From Eledone cirrhosa (taxonomy: Eukaryota), in assembly GCA_964016885.1 (NCBI GenBank), contig OZ024752.1:1984001-2048000 (forward strand): a stretch of 64,000 nt of DNA, written 5' to 3'. A model generated the notes under the pieces. It was not told the DNA's origin and did not search any database. It saw nothing but the letters and a program-made list of their open reading frames with translations. A program made the position numbers and the translations under genes. Shown piece after piece: positions 43,225-55,978 of this stretch (position 1 is the stretch's first letter; each line of letters starts with the position of its first letter).

Positions 43225-43414
43225 TAGAATAAGTAAATATTTATATTATATTTTTTAATTTTGATTAATTTTGATTGTATATTAATTTTGATTTATTTTG
43301 AAAAATTGATTGAATTTTACTTGTTCTGCTTATCTTGATATATTTATATATATATATATTTATATATATATATATTTATATATATATATTTATATATATA
43401 TATTTATATATATA

Positions 43415-43746
<332 letters not shown>

Positions 43747-43752
43747 CTACGC

Positions 43753-43795
43753 GTAATCTACGCGTTTCATTCTTATTAGAAATCATCAGGATTAC
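43753..43795 (-). ncRNA. Minimal type I hammerhead ribozyme (unit 1)
   Basis: gtaatc-CTGATGA-t-ttct-aata-agaa-t-GAAAC-gc-GTA-gattac. Confidence 0.88.
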
Positions 43796-44064
43796 ATATC
43801 CAATGCTTTTATCGAGAACGACACAGCTAGAGACTTATAGAATACTTAGCTGTGTACAGGAACTGGTTTGAAAGAGCGGTAGCCGGTCCGGCAGAAATTA
43901 GAATTTGGATTTAATGCTCTGAAATAGCGATATATATGTGAAGACAAACATAGAATATTCGAAAATATTCTGTATGTTTATAATAAACATTTTGAAGACC
44001 CAATCGCTATAGAATAGAATACGTCACGTATTACAATTTGAGATTCTCGATAAAAGCAAGGGAA

Positions 44065-44107
44065 GTAATCTACGCGTTTCATTCTTATTAGAAATCATCA
44101 GGATTAC
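44065..44107 (-). ncRNA. Minimal type I hammerhead ribozyme (unit 2)
   Basis: Identical to 43753-43795. Confidence 0.88.
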
Positions 44108-44618
44108 ATATCCAATGCTTTTATCGAGAACGACACAGCTAGAGACTTATACAATACTTAGCTGTGTACATGAACTGGTTTGAAAGAGCGGTAGCCGGTC
44201 CGGCAGAAATTAGAATTTGGATTTAATGCTCTGAAATAGCGATATATATGTGAAGACAAACATAGAATATTCGAAAATATTCTGTATGTTTATAATAAAC
44301 ATTTTGAAGACCCAATCGCTATAGAATAGAATACGTCACGTATTACAATTTGAGATTCTCGATAAAAGCAAGGGAATACGTAATACGTGACGTATTCTAT
44401 TCTATAGCGATTGGGTCTTCAAAATGTTTATTATAAACATACAGAATATTTTCGAATATTCTATGTTTGTCTTCACATATATATCGCTATTTCAGAGCAT
44501 TAAATCCAAATTCTAATTTCTGCCGGACCGGCAACCGTTCTTTCAAACCAGTTCCTGTACACAGCTAAGTATTCTATAAGTCTCTAGCTGTGTCATTCTC
44601 GATAAAAGCATTGGATAT

Positions 44619-44661
44619 GTAATCCTGATGATTTCTAATAAGAATGAAACGCGTAGATTAC
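44619..44661 (+). ncRNA. Minimal type I hammerhead ribozyme (inverted unit)
   Basis: gtaatcCTGATGAtttctaataagaatGAAACgcGTAgattac read directly on the plus strand. Confidence 0.88.
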
Positions 44662-44823
44662 TTCCCTTGCTTTTATCGAGAATCTCAAATTGTAATACGT
44701 GACGTATTCTATTCTATAACGATTGGGTCTTCAAAATGTTTATTATAAACATACAGAATATTTTCGAATATTCTATGTTTGTCTTCACATATATATCGCT
44801 ATTTCAGAGCATTAAATCCAAAT

Positions 44824-44936
<113 letters not shown>

Positions 44937-45176
44937 ATAAATATATATATATATTACGTTTCTGAATTTGTTTAGCAAAATTCTTTATCTGAAATCGTGT
45001 GTTGAAACCGATATTGTTATACTTTGGGAGGGTCATGTTGCCAACAAGAAACACACGCACCAGTTGTTTCACTTCCAATTTATTATATATTTATAAATTT
45101 ATAAATTTACAAATCTACAAACTTATAAATTTCTGGTTGGTTGGTTGGTTCCACAACCAGATAGTTGTTTATATAT

Positions 45177-45221
45177 AGTCATAGTCCTTTCGTCACACAC
45201 TCTGTGACCTCTTCAGTGACT
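45177..45221 (-). ncRNA. Minimal type I hammerhead in the PLE-2 pseudo-LTR
   Basis: agtca-CTGAAGA-g-gtcaca-gagtg-tgtgac-GAAA-gga-CTA-tgact. Confidence 0.78.
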
Positions 45222-45433
45222 GGGGATTCCTTTCTTTATTTCTGTGCCTTTCCTTTCTTCTGTCCTACGCCATTTTGTTTCTGTGTGTGTGTTGTGTGCT
45301 CAGTTTGCGCATGCGCCACATCCGGGTGTCTGTGTGTGTTTGTGTTCATTTATCTATTTGTTTATTTATTTATTTATTTACATGTTGTTGGTTGGTTGTT
45401 TGTTCTATGTGTGTGTGTGTTTTCATTTTGTCC

Positions 45434-46577
45434 TTAATTGTAAGTTGTGATGTTGCTGTTCCACTCATATTTTCTATTTAATTTTGGTTGTAATTCTTTT
45501 ATGCTTACTGCCTCTGTAATTTGCCTAAACATTGCATCTTTTCTGTGTGTGGATTCTATTTTTATTTCTATGTTCTCTAATTTACCCTTGTGTTCTATCT
45601 TAGCATGTTGGTAGAGCACAGATGATTCTTTATTATCTTGCAGGTCTCGCCAGTGTTCATTTATTCGTTCCCCTATACTACGAGCTGCCTCACCTATGTA
45701 CACTATATTTTTGTTTCTACATTGTCCTTCAGTACATCTTATGCTATACACTACATTTCTAGTTTTACAGTTAATATGGGGGCTTATTTTACAGGTTATA
45801 CATTTCTTATCTATACATGAGGGTCTTTGGAACGGGTATGTCTTGCTAATAAGTGTTTTTACGGAGGTACCTGGTCTTTCTACTATCTTAATATTGAGTT
45901 TATGTTTATTTAGGGCCTTCTAAATTTGTAGGCTAGTTCGCCTCTAGGGGTTGTATTGATGAACATTACACTCTGGTATTTATTGCTATCATACCATGAG
46001 TTTATTCTATTGGCCTTGTTCCTAGTTCTTTCTATTCTATTCCAAAATTTGCTCCTATACAAGGGGCAGGTCCCATTTATGTCATTATTTACCATTTTTT
46101 CCCATTTGGTTCTGGCTCCTCTATACACTCTGATTCTATCTCTCTGATTGTAGCCAGAGAACTGCATACGGTGGATGAAGTGTTGTATGTGTCTCTCTAG
46201 TTCTTCGGGGTTGCACATGCGGGACACATTTCTCATCACCCGTACCAAATCCGCAATCAGTATGTTGATTTTGGTATGGTCCGAAATGGCCGAGTTTCGG
46301 TGGATCAGATGTTTGGAAGTCATGGGTTTGGCATAATGGGAATGGAGGATTTGTTTTTGGTTGTTAATGGTATCTAACCAGAGCTCTGTGTCTAGTACAG
46401 GTAATCGATGGTTGGGGTGTCTACTTGGGTAGTCTATAGTAACTCTAATGCTCTGGTGGATGGAGCTTGCTATTTGCTGGATGCTTTCCATTGTGTTTTT
46501 CTCTAGTTCATGACTGTTTTTTAGTGGGGGTGTCTTAACTACGATGTTTATATCATCTACGTAGCGGGAGTACATTA
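45434..46577 (-). pseudogene. PLE-2 RT C-terminus and GIY-YIG endonuclease, frameshifted near 45915
   Basis: YSRYVDDINIV, LPVLD, YAKPM, RVMRN, SGY; VYSIRC...C...YIGEAARSIGERINEH, H...EH, RQITEA, LNRKYEW. Confidence 0.9.
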
Positions 46578-46762
46578 TCAGGGCATACCATATTTTTAAT
46601 ATGATATTCCTGAAATATATATAATGAAATAAATATGGTTTTATAAATGTAATTTCCATTTGTTTAATATCGTAAAATACTCCAAAACCTGTTGAGTGCT
46701 TTTATATCAGTTATAAAATATTTACTCGTTGTAACCCAACAATTTAAATAAAACTTTTGCAT
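46578..46762 (+). mobile_element. Family C pseudo-LTR fragment fused to the 5' truncation of PLE-2
   Basis: ggcataccatatttttaatatg..cctgaaatatatataatgaaata...aacttttgcata matches PLE-1 termini; begins just inside hammerhead stem II. Confidence 0.8.
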
Positions 46763-46786
46763 ATATATTTATATATATATTTATAT

Positions 46787-47030
46787 CATGCAATAACATT
46801 TGTGTTTTCATCAGATAAAATAGGAAGACATGATATGAAGGTTAAAAAACACTTGTGAATAGAGCATTTTTAAATCAACATATCACTATTCATATGTCTT
46901 TTTTAACCTTCATATCATGTCTTCCTCTTTTATCTCATGAAAACACAAATGTTATTGCATGAATATATTTGTTTTTGAAACGCGCATAATAAAATACATG
47001 GAACTCTTTTAACCATCTTTTGATCTTATA
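46787..47030 (+). repeat. ~75-bp-arm inverted repeat with a degenerate hammerhead (46928-46994)
   Basis: Arms about 46787-46862 and 46885-46962. Right arm reads ttttat-CTCATGA...GAAAcgcgcaTA-ataaaa; left arm keeps CTGATGA on the minus strand. Confidence 0.7.
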
Positions 47031-47319
47031 TATTATATATATAAGATCAATATATGTATGTGTGTGTGTATGTGTATAAATGTATATTTATGTGTGAATG
47101 TATTTGTTTGTGTGTGTGTGTGTATGTATGTGTGTGCAAATGTATGTATGTGTATGTATAGTATAGTTTACACGAGAGAGACATACGTACTTGTAGGCGT
47201 GTATATATATGTATATATATATGTATATGTGTGTGTGTATGTATGCATATATATGTATATATATATATATATATTATGTATGTATGTGTATATGTGTATG
47301 CGCGCGTGTGTATGTGTAG

Positions 47320-47366
<47 letters not shown>

Positions 47367-48104
47367 TATGTATATATGTGTGTGTATGTGTATGCGTGTG
47401 TGTGTGTATATTTGTGTGTTTGTGTTTTTCCTGTGTATATATGTATATATGTGTATGTATGTGTGTGTATATGTATTAGTGTGTGTGTGTGTGTATGTGT
47501 ATGCGCACACATGTGTGTGTGTGTGTATATATATATGTATGTGTATGTGTGTGTGAATGTGTAGGTGTGCACACACACACACATATGTATGTGTGTGTGT
47601 GTGTATATATATGTAAGTATATATGTATGTGTGTGTGTAAGTGTTTTTGTATGTGGTTGTGAGTATGTAAATATATTTTATTCTTTCCATCCTACTAAAA
47701 CACTCTGGCCACCTGTGGCTTGTATGTTAACTTGACCACTCAGCCCAGTCTGTGCCATGATTCTGTCTTGTTAAATGCTTAATTTCTATTACCAACCCAC
47801 CTAAAAAATTTCCCTACTATATATCTGTTGAATTACTATTCTTGGGGTTTTATTTATTTATTTTTTATTTATTTCTTTATTTATTTTTATTTATTTATTC
47901 ATTTATCTATTTATTTATTCATTTATTTATTTATTTACTTATTTATTTATTTAAAAAAAGCACTCTGGCTAATTGACCACTCCCCATAGAAAAAACGGCC
48001 TGTGCCATGCAGTGGTCCTGTGTATCTAAATACCCCCCCCCCCATCCACCACCCTCCCTTGCCACTACCTAAATGTATAAATACCAGAACTTAATATGAC
48101 ACCC

Positions 48105-48155
48105 AGCTTCCTGAAGATTTCATCTGAATGAAACAGTACTAGTCCTGTAGAAGCT
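48105..48155 (+). ncRNA. Type I hammerhead ribozyme in a PLE-like 3' end (about 47690-48240)
   Basis: agcttc-CTGAAGA-t-ttca-tc-tgaa-t-GAAACAG-tactagtc-CTGTA-gaagct; perfect 6-bp stem I and 4-bp stem III. Confidence 0.85.
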
Positions 48156-49947
48156 CCTTCTATAAAATAAAAAAATTTTACTCTGCCATGTATTGAGTAC
48201 CTTACTTACTGTGGTTATCCCCGACTCAACCCGGGACCTATGTATATATATATATATATATATATAAGAAAGAGCGAGAGAGACAGAATGTAACATTTAG
48301 TTACTGTAGGTTCACCCGTGTGAGCACTTGATGCGTAGTTTCCAGTCTGTAAAGAGGTGTAGAACTAAGCAGAGTTTAATTATATTAATGAAAAGACGAT
48401 TTATTATGTCTTCATTACGTTTATTGAGTAGTGACGCACGTTCAGCTATTGGTCAGCTGAAGCTTCGATCTGTGTGTAAGTACGCACGCAAATATGTAAG
48501 CACATTAATGCATATACACGATTTCTCCCAGATTGATAATGTAGTCGTAAGAGGGCCTATCTGAGCCCTATTATGTTGAGTGCCGTAGCCTTGTATGTCA
48601 GGTATTGTGTACTTATAGATGCATATATAATTTATATAATACATAATATATACACGGAGATGATTATATTTTATTCAGATGCCAACGGTTCTTCCACCGT
48701 TCATCGTATACGACATAAGGCTTGACCAACAGAAATTAACAGTTGCAAATATATTTATCTAATATGTGCTTTCATTCATTCTCCTGACTCACGAACTGCA
48801 AGACTGTGTGTCCCAAAAGCTCAGTCAATACATTTCAATGTTCGAAAATGTAATGAGAGTTTTCTGAGCAATTTGTTACAGAATTATGATGGACGTGAAC
48901 AGTTCTTTTAGTTATACTTATATCTTATAAAATATTAATATAAGAAGTACATTCGGTCCTTAAGAACTATTTTGAAGTTAATTGCTTAGCCCTTGACAAT
49001 TCTTGATCTCCCGACTAAACACTAACTTTACATTCCACAACCCGTTAATCAATCATTCATCATTCCATGCAGATTATTTTTATAACTCCATTGAATGAAG
49101 TGATATGTTTTTATAATGAATAACCATTTTGTTTTCCAGTTTGTGAAGTTTCATTTTACGCAATCCTCAACATACACGTGCACACTCAACTGTATGTACA
49201 ACTATCCGTACATATGCTCGCGACACACACACTTAACACACTCAAAATACATAAATACAACTTACCCAGAGAATACGACCAATGCAAAAAAAAAAGATTA
49301 CAATCATGCATTTCAAAGACATTTGTGACATCTTCAGAAACTAACATCACATATGATTTGTGGACTAGAGTAATGACATAAGCGTCAAAGTGGAAATAGT
49401 CAGACAAATTTGCACAACTTGCATACATAGAGCTGCGTAATTAATAAACTACTGATGTTACAAGTAGAATGACCCTGAGGTCCTAAAAGTCAGAACCCGA
49501 CATATAAATGAAGCTATTATTGATGATGATGGGGCTTAGACATTTCAACTAAAAGTTATGTATCTAACGGGAATAAACATTTTCTCGTTATATTTTCTAT
49601 TTAAAGAAAATTGGTTCGCGTTAAAAGGAAATGATAACGCCATGGCAAGTCACGGTTATATAATGTATCGTATATTTTAAACAAACGGTGAGCATTATAT
49701 TTTTTCTATTTGTAAATATTCTTTGAGAATAATGAAGGAAGTTACTGTAACTTAGGAAATGGAATTGCAAACCCCCGCCCAGTTGCAATGAGTTAAGTTC
49801 AGTATTTTGAGACGCCAATCGGCAAGGGATATACAGTTATAAATATATGCATATGCATATATATATAAATATATATATATATTAAATAGACCACTTGACA
49901 TTTGATTTCGAATATTCATAATGAACCTGAATGCGCGCGCACACACA

Positions 49948-49986
<39 letters not shown>

Positions 49987-50763
49987 CAGTACACAAATGT
50001 GCAAAGTAAATTAGTTGCATGGAATGGGAATCGGATTTAATTTACTTTGTAAATCTTTGCTCTAATGAGATGATATCCGCTACATCTTTTCGTAAGTTAT
50101 CAACAATTAACTGACATCATGTCATGGCTGTATCTGGTTATCGTTTAGCGAATGATGTCTAGTTGTTGTAAACTAATAATTACATCATAGAAAGTTCAAG
50201 GAATTAATATGGTATTCTGCTTAACAAGTCAGAGCCAATACGTTCATAACATAAAAAATAAATGCCACAGCAAATGGGATATGACAAAAACATAAACAAT
50301 TACAATATGAAGTAAACTCACAAAATATACATATATGTATACAGACGTACAGTATTATGTATATATATATATATACATACATGCACACATATATATATGT
50401 ACATATATATATGTGTGCATGTATGTATATATAAATAAATACATGTTTACAAACACACCGAGCATTATAATAAATGTTCGGTGAATCCATACGTACATAT
50501 ATATATATATATGTATGCATGTATATATATACATACTACTGAACGTATGTATACATATATATGTATGTACGTATACATACTTATATTTAAGTAACAGCTG
50601 TACTAAGAGTGAGAAATGAAATTTCGTTTCATTTTTTCCGTTTATCGTTTTCGGTGCGCCCGGCCGATTAACTCACTCGATATGAAAATTAGACTGCTCA
50701 GCCGTTAATATGCATAAGGAAAGTATATAATTTCAGACGTTCAATCATCTGGAAGGAAGGTAT

Positions 50764-50806
50764 ACGTTGCTGACGATAGCTAATAATCTTGAAACTAGTA
50801 CAGCGT
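50764..50806 (+). ncRNA. Minimal type I hammerhead ribozyme
   Basis: acgttg-CTGACGA-tagctaataatctt-GAAAC-ta-GTA-cagcgt; palindromic ACTAGT. Confidence 0.82.
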
Positions 50807-51047
50807 CCTTTTTCAGTGTTGAACAAATGAGCAACGATAGTTGCTAGACACTGTACGGCTTAATTCGGGAGGCTTGTTTACAAACACACCGAGCATTATA
50901 ATAAATGTTCGGTGATCCATACGAACATATATAAATATGTGTGCATGTATGTGTATATATATACATACTACTGTACGTATATATACATATATGTATGTAC
51001 GTATACATACATATATGTATGTACGTATACATACTTATTTATATATT

Positions 51048-51078
<31 letters not shown>

Positions 51079-51217
51079 ATGTACGTATACATACTTATAT
51101 ATATATTTATATATATATATATGTACGTATACATACTTATATTTATATGTATATTTATATATATATATATATATATATACGTATACATACTTATATATAT
51201 ATATATATATATATATA

Positions 51218-51412
51218 TAACGAATGAGATGTGGTAAAGAACCAGGTGGACCATAACGCACCAAAGTACTCAATAGTTGAGGTAGTAGAGTGGGTAATAG
51301 GAACCAGTAAGACCCCGACAGCTGAGCTCAAGCCGTTTCGACGGCTAATTCTGGACTGTCCAGAATTAGCCGTCGAAACGGCTTGAGCTCAGCTGTCGGG
51401 GTCTTACTGGTA

Positions 51413-51417
<5 letters not shown>
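51218..51417 (+). mobile_element. Family B element with a 60-bp-arm palindrome
   Basis: Arms 51297-51356 and 51358-51417 with one mismatch. Confidence 0.85.
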
Positions 51418-51510
<93 letters not shown>

Positions 51511-51754
51511 CATATTTACGTATACATACTTATATATATATTTATATATATATATATATGTACGTATACATACTTATATATATATTTATATATATATATA
51601 TGTACGTATACATACTTATATATATATTTATATATATACATATTTATATATATATAATATGTATATATATATATATAAATGAATGTTAGAGTTAATAACT
51701 CTTACTGAAACCCTGTAATCAATAAGCACCAAGTATAAATACGGAGCATTATAA

Positions 51755-51939
51755 TAATTGTTTCTACTTCAGGCACAAGGCTAGCAATTAACCAGTGCAT
51801 TACTGGTACTTTATTTTATCGACCCCGTAAGGATGAAAGGCAAAGTCAACCTCGGCGGGATTTGAACTCAGATCGTAAAGGGACGTAACTATGCTGGAAA
51901 GCATGGCGTCCGACCCTCTACCGATACTGCCAAACACCA
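51755..51939 (-). mobile_element. tRNA-derived SINE with 18-bp TSD
   Basis: acggagcattataataat at 51741-51758 and 51940-51957. Confidence 0.93.
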
Positions 51940-53695
51940 ACGGAGCATTATAATAATAATAATATATATGTAGTAAGAAACACAGTAAACCATGTGTCTA
52001 ATATTACGAGGGTTGAAAGACCACATTTGTTTGAGATATTTAACCATGAAGCAGACAGAATGATAAAATAAAATAAAATTATATTATACAAACCGCCTCA
52101 ATAACAATTACATCTCTCGGACAGATTAGGGATAATCTGTTTCGCCCTGAGTGTGTTTGTAACAGATAATCCTGGGCATTATCAGAGAGAGAATCTGATT
52201 AAATGCGACAAACACCTAGTACCAACGTTCACACAGAAAGATGAATTTATCACCTCGTGCGCCGTAAGTCAAAAGTGGTATGAGTGTATTCTATATGATG
52301 AGTGCAATGAATTATGTATAGGTGATGTATGAGTTATAAATACATTTATGACTTGATGGTCAGATTACTGTCTTTGTAGGTGAGAATTGATCTCTGGACT
52401 ACCCTAGTGATATTTAACTTTGCCATGCAATCAGACATGCAATGACCCAGAACGTACCAGCAGTCATATATAGAAGTGATTCTAATAAGACCCTGCCAGG
52501 TCCTGCGGGTGAACTACACTTACAAAGATCATTGATTTGGAGATTTGACTCTTCGTGTAGAATGTTCGGTGGGGGCACTCTATGGTAGAAGGTAATCATC
52601 CTAATAAGAACACCTTTAGTACTTCTTGATAGACTACACTGTAATTTATAGATAAGATACTTAAATTTTGAAATTGTTTATAACCTTATATGATGGGAAC
52701 TCATTTGAGAACCATTAATGTACTTTAGGATAATAAATTTAGCTATAGAAATCAGCTAGTTACCTCCCCTTACGCATTAACTCCCCTTAATCACACACAC
52801 ACTTCCGGAATATAATACGATGTCATCTCTCACAACAAAAACAAACTGCTCTATAGAATCGAATTAAAGAACGACAACCTGTGATGTTCTAGCATGGTTC
52901 ACCAGGCACCCAATGTTGAATCATCGTGGATTGTGACATGGACATGTAGTCTATAAATTGCGTTTCCTGCTAGCAAATATATATGTTATCTCTTAGTACC
53001 TTTGTGGTTCTATGCAGGGTGATGCAGAACAATTATATGAAAGACGTAAAATAAGAAAATTTTAAAAAAATTTAAAAATGCATTTTCTAAGTAGAAATGT
53101 GGAAGTTAATTCGAAGTTACAGCTTGGTTTCTGTACACCTCCAAAACGTATATATTTCATCGTGTGTATTCCTGTGTGTGTGTTTCTTTCTGTGTGCACG
53201 TTTGAGTGTTTGCATGATTGTATTTATGTATTTGAGTATAAGTATGTATGTGTATGTGTACGTATATATGTATGCATGTTAGGATGTGTGTATATGTGTA
53301 TGAATGTGTGTGTATATGTGTATTCATTATGTTTGTATATAATAGAATGGGGCAAAATAAGCAACAGAATGGTGATATGTTATGACTCATAAACGCATGG
53401 GTCTCTAGATACTCTTCTAAGGTTTCATGTAAATGATCGGCTAAAGCTTCTTTCTATATCATTAGTGTGAAAACGCAACTCTATATGAATTGGAATTTAA
53501 CGACCGATTTCATCACTTCTGATAATTGAATCTGGAAGGAATACACAAATATCGAAATGCCTGGTCCGTTTATTATAATGTTGCTATAACTTTATTTCCA
53601 AATGTTAATATATACCGAAAATATATTACGAAGGTGAATATAACACGCATATGTATAAACACACACGTACACATACACTATGACAGACACATACG

Positions 53696-53723
53696 TAGAC
53701 GCCAACGCAAATATATGTACGAA

Positions 53724-53775
<52 letters not shown>

Positions 53776-53831
53776 TTCGTGCATATATTTGCATTGGCGT
53801 CTATGTATATATATATGTATATATATATATG

Positions 53832-53863
<32 letters not shown>

Positions 53864-53898
53864 TATAGTGTTCGTGCATATATTTGCGTTGGCGTCTA
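53696..53898. repeat. 33-bp unit in one forward and two inverted copies around (TA)n
   Basis: tagacgccaacgcaaatatatgtacgaacacta at 53696-53728; reverse complements at 53771-53803 and 53866-53898. Confidence 0.85.
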
Positions 53899-53905
53899 TA
53901 TATAT

Positions 53906-54103
53906 ATAGGAAAATGTATGACCCCAACGGCAGAGCTCAAGCCGTTTCGACGGCTATTTCTGGACTCCAGAAATAGCCATCGAAACGTCTTGAGCTCTGC
54001 CGTCGGGGTCATACATTTTGCTATTACTCACTCTACTACCCTAAACATCGAGTACTCTGGTGCGTTATAGTCCATCTGGTTCCTTATCACAAATCCTTCG
54101 TTA
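53906..54103 (-). mobile_element. Family B element with a 59-bp-arm palindrome
   Basis: Arms centred on 53965 with about 4 mismatches. Confidence 0.85.
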
Positions 54104-54352
54104 TATATATATATATATATGGGAATGAAAATGGCGTGCTGCGTTTTTGCCAATATGAACATGTGAATGAAAATAGACCGAGAAACAGGAATGTCCATCA
54201 TCAGTAGCCTGCTAATTATTATTGGTAGTTCTTGGCATTAAAGACTAGATACCTAAAATCAGCGCGAGCGATAACTAAATTATGTTATCGGGACAGTTGA
54301 AAGTAAACAAACCACATGGTAGTAATGCAACGTAAAGATATATATATAAACA

Positions 54353-54393
<41 letters not shown>

Positions 54394-55924
54394 GAGTGTG
54401 TATATGTGTGTGTATAATTACGTACATATATATACGTGAAACTGTGCTGCTCAGCCTTTAGATTTTTGGACGCAAAATCAATAGGACACAACTCATCACA
54501 CGATTCGATTGTAATTTCAGACTGGGTGGTGAGATTTGTCCTTGAGATTAACTCTTTATTTCACGTTACTTCAGTTAAATCAGCTGAAAAAAAATGAGTT
54601 GAGTAACTCAGCCGACCTCTGCTTTTCTCTAAGCCAAAGTCGGGCGCACAGAGTGGGTGGGACCGCCGTTATACATTTATGTGTGCTGGTCTTCCTGAAA
54701 ATCTCGTCCGGACTTGTGCCATGAAGAGTAAATTTCTAGTTGCAAAGCCAAAATATATTTCTGAACAAATGTGGTCGTATATATATATCCCCCCACTCTC
54801 AAGCGTGAACCTAATACTAACACTTTGTATTGCACTCATCGTTATTGTTTTCGTTTTCCGTTTTAACTTATATATATATATATATATATATATATCATGA
54901 GCAGAAAATTGTTAATTACCTTAGTGTAGCCACACGATTTTAAGAAAATATATATCTTTAAATGTATTGAAGCTAGAGGGAAGCAAGCATGTGATTCATC
55001 TACCATCACCTTTCTCTACACTGTTTACGTGTTCTAGTCTGAAACTCCACGTCATTAGTCTCGAATGTATCTCACGCCAGAACAATATACCCATTTAAAC
55101 TCACCTCACACTACATCTTCAGTTCAAAACTAGTGTCGTCAAAGGCATCCTATTATATGGCCATGGCATATATTCTTCAAAAGCTAAATATCATGCATAC
55201 GTTTTGCACATATTAATTTAATGCCTTCAGATATATTTGGCATATACATAATTAGATATTCCATGTTTTTGTCCATATGAGAGCCCACACTATCACTGAT
55301 TATACATTAGCAGAATCACTTCACTTTTTGGCTAGAATGCATGCAGACATGCGGACTGTTTTCAATCAATTACACATATCTCACTTATAGCTCAACGTAA
55401 CATGATGACAACGGAATCACGCCCTGGCTGGTATTTTAAAATAAGTAAATGGTATTAGTAGTCTGGTAGACACTTTTATACAGAGGAAATCAGCACTTAA
55501 ATGTGCGGAAACTGGTATGGCAGACGAGTGGGATCGATGAAATCATCGATCACAGACTTTGGTAGCATGAAAGCACATTTTAGAGCTTCAAACATCATAT
55601 AATTCAGAATCAATTGCCAGATACTTGTTTTGATTTCGTTTTTCATGGAATAAAATATTTTAAAAATATATGTTTAGTTACTGCATTAGAAAATAGATCG
55701 AAAATGTATGGTATCATTATATACAGTGCATCATTGTTGCATTCCAGTACAAAGGCACCAAGATACATAAATAAAATCTTGAGAAAAATATAAGAATTAG
55801 CTTTACTACAAATTAGATACTGGACAATTTTGGAAAACGTAATTATGTTGAACCAATAAAGAATAGCAATTTTATACAGCTAATACACCTCTTCACACGT
55901 TTATAATGATGAAAAGGCTGCAGC

Positions 55925-55978
<54 letters not shown>

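Larger units (their letters stand above)
44955..46577 (-). mobile_element. Penelope-like element PLE-2, 5'-truncated, with 3' pseudo-LTR (family D)
   Basis: RT and GIY-YIG coding region followed by a 3'UTR containing a same-strand hammerhead; ends in (TA)n. Confidence 0.85.

Noticed and set aside
43875-43895. gccggtcc as a twister ribozyme motif
   Set aside because: It forms a simple gccgg/ccggc hairpin, and the other twister core and pseudoknot elements were not found.
49295-49345. Minus-strand CTGAAGA...GAAA hammerhead candidate
   Set aside because: No consistent stem I or cleavage-triplet geometry.
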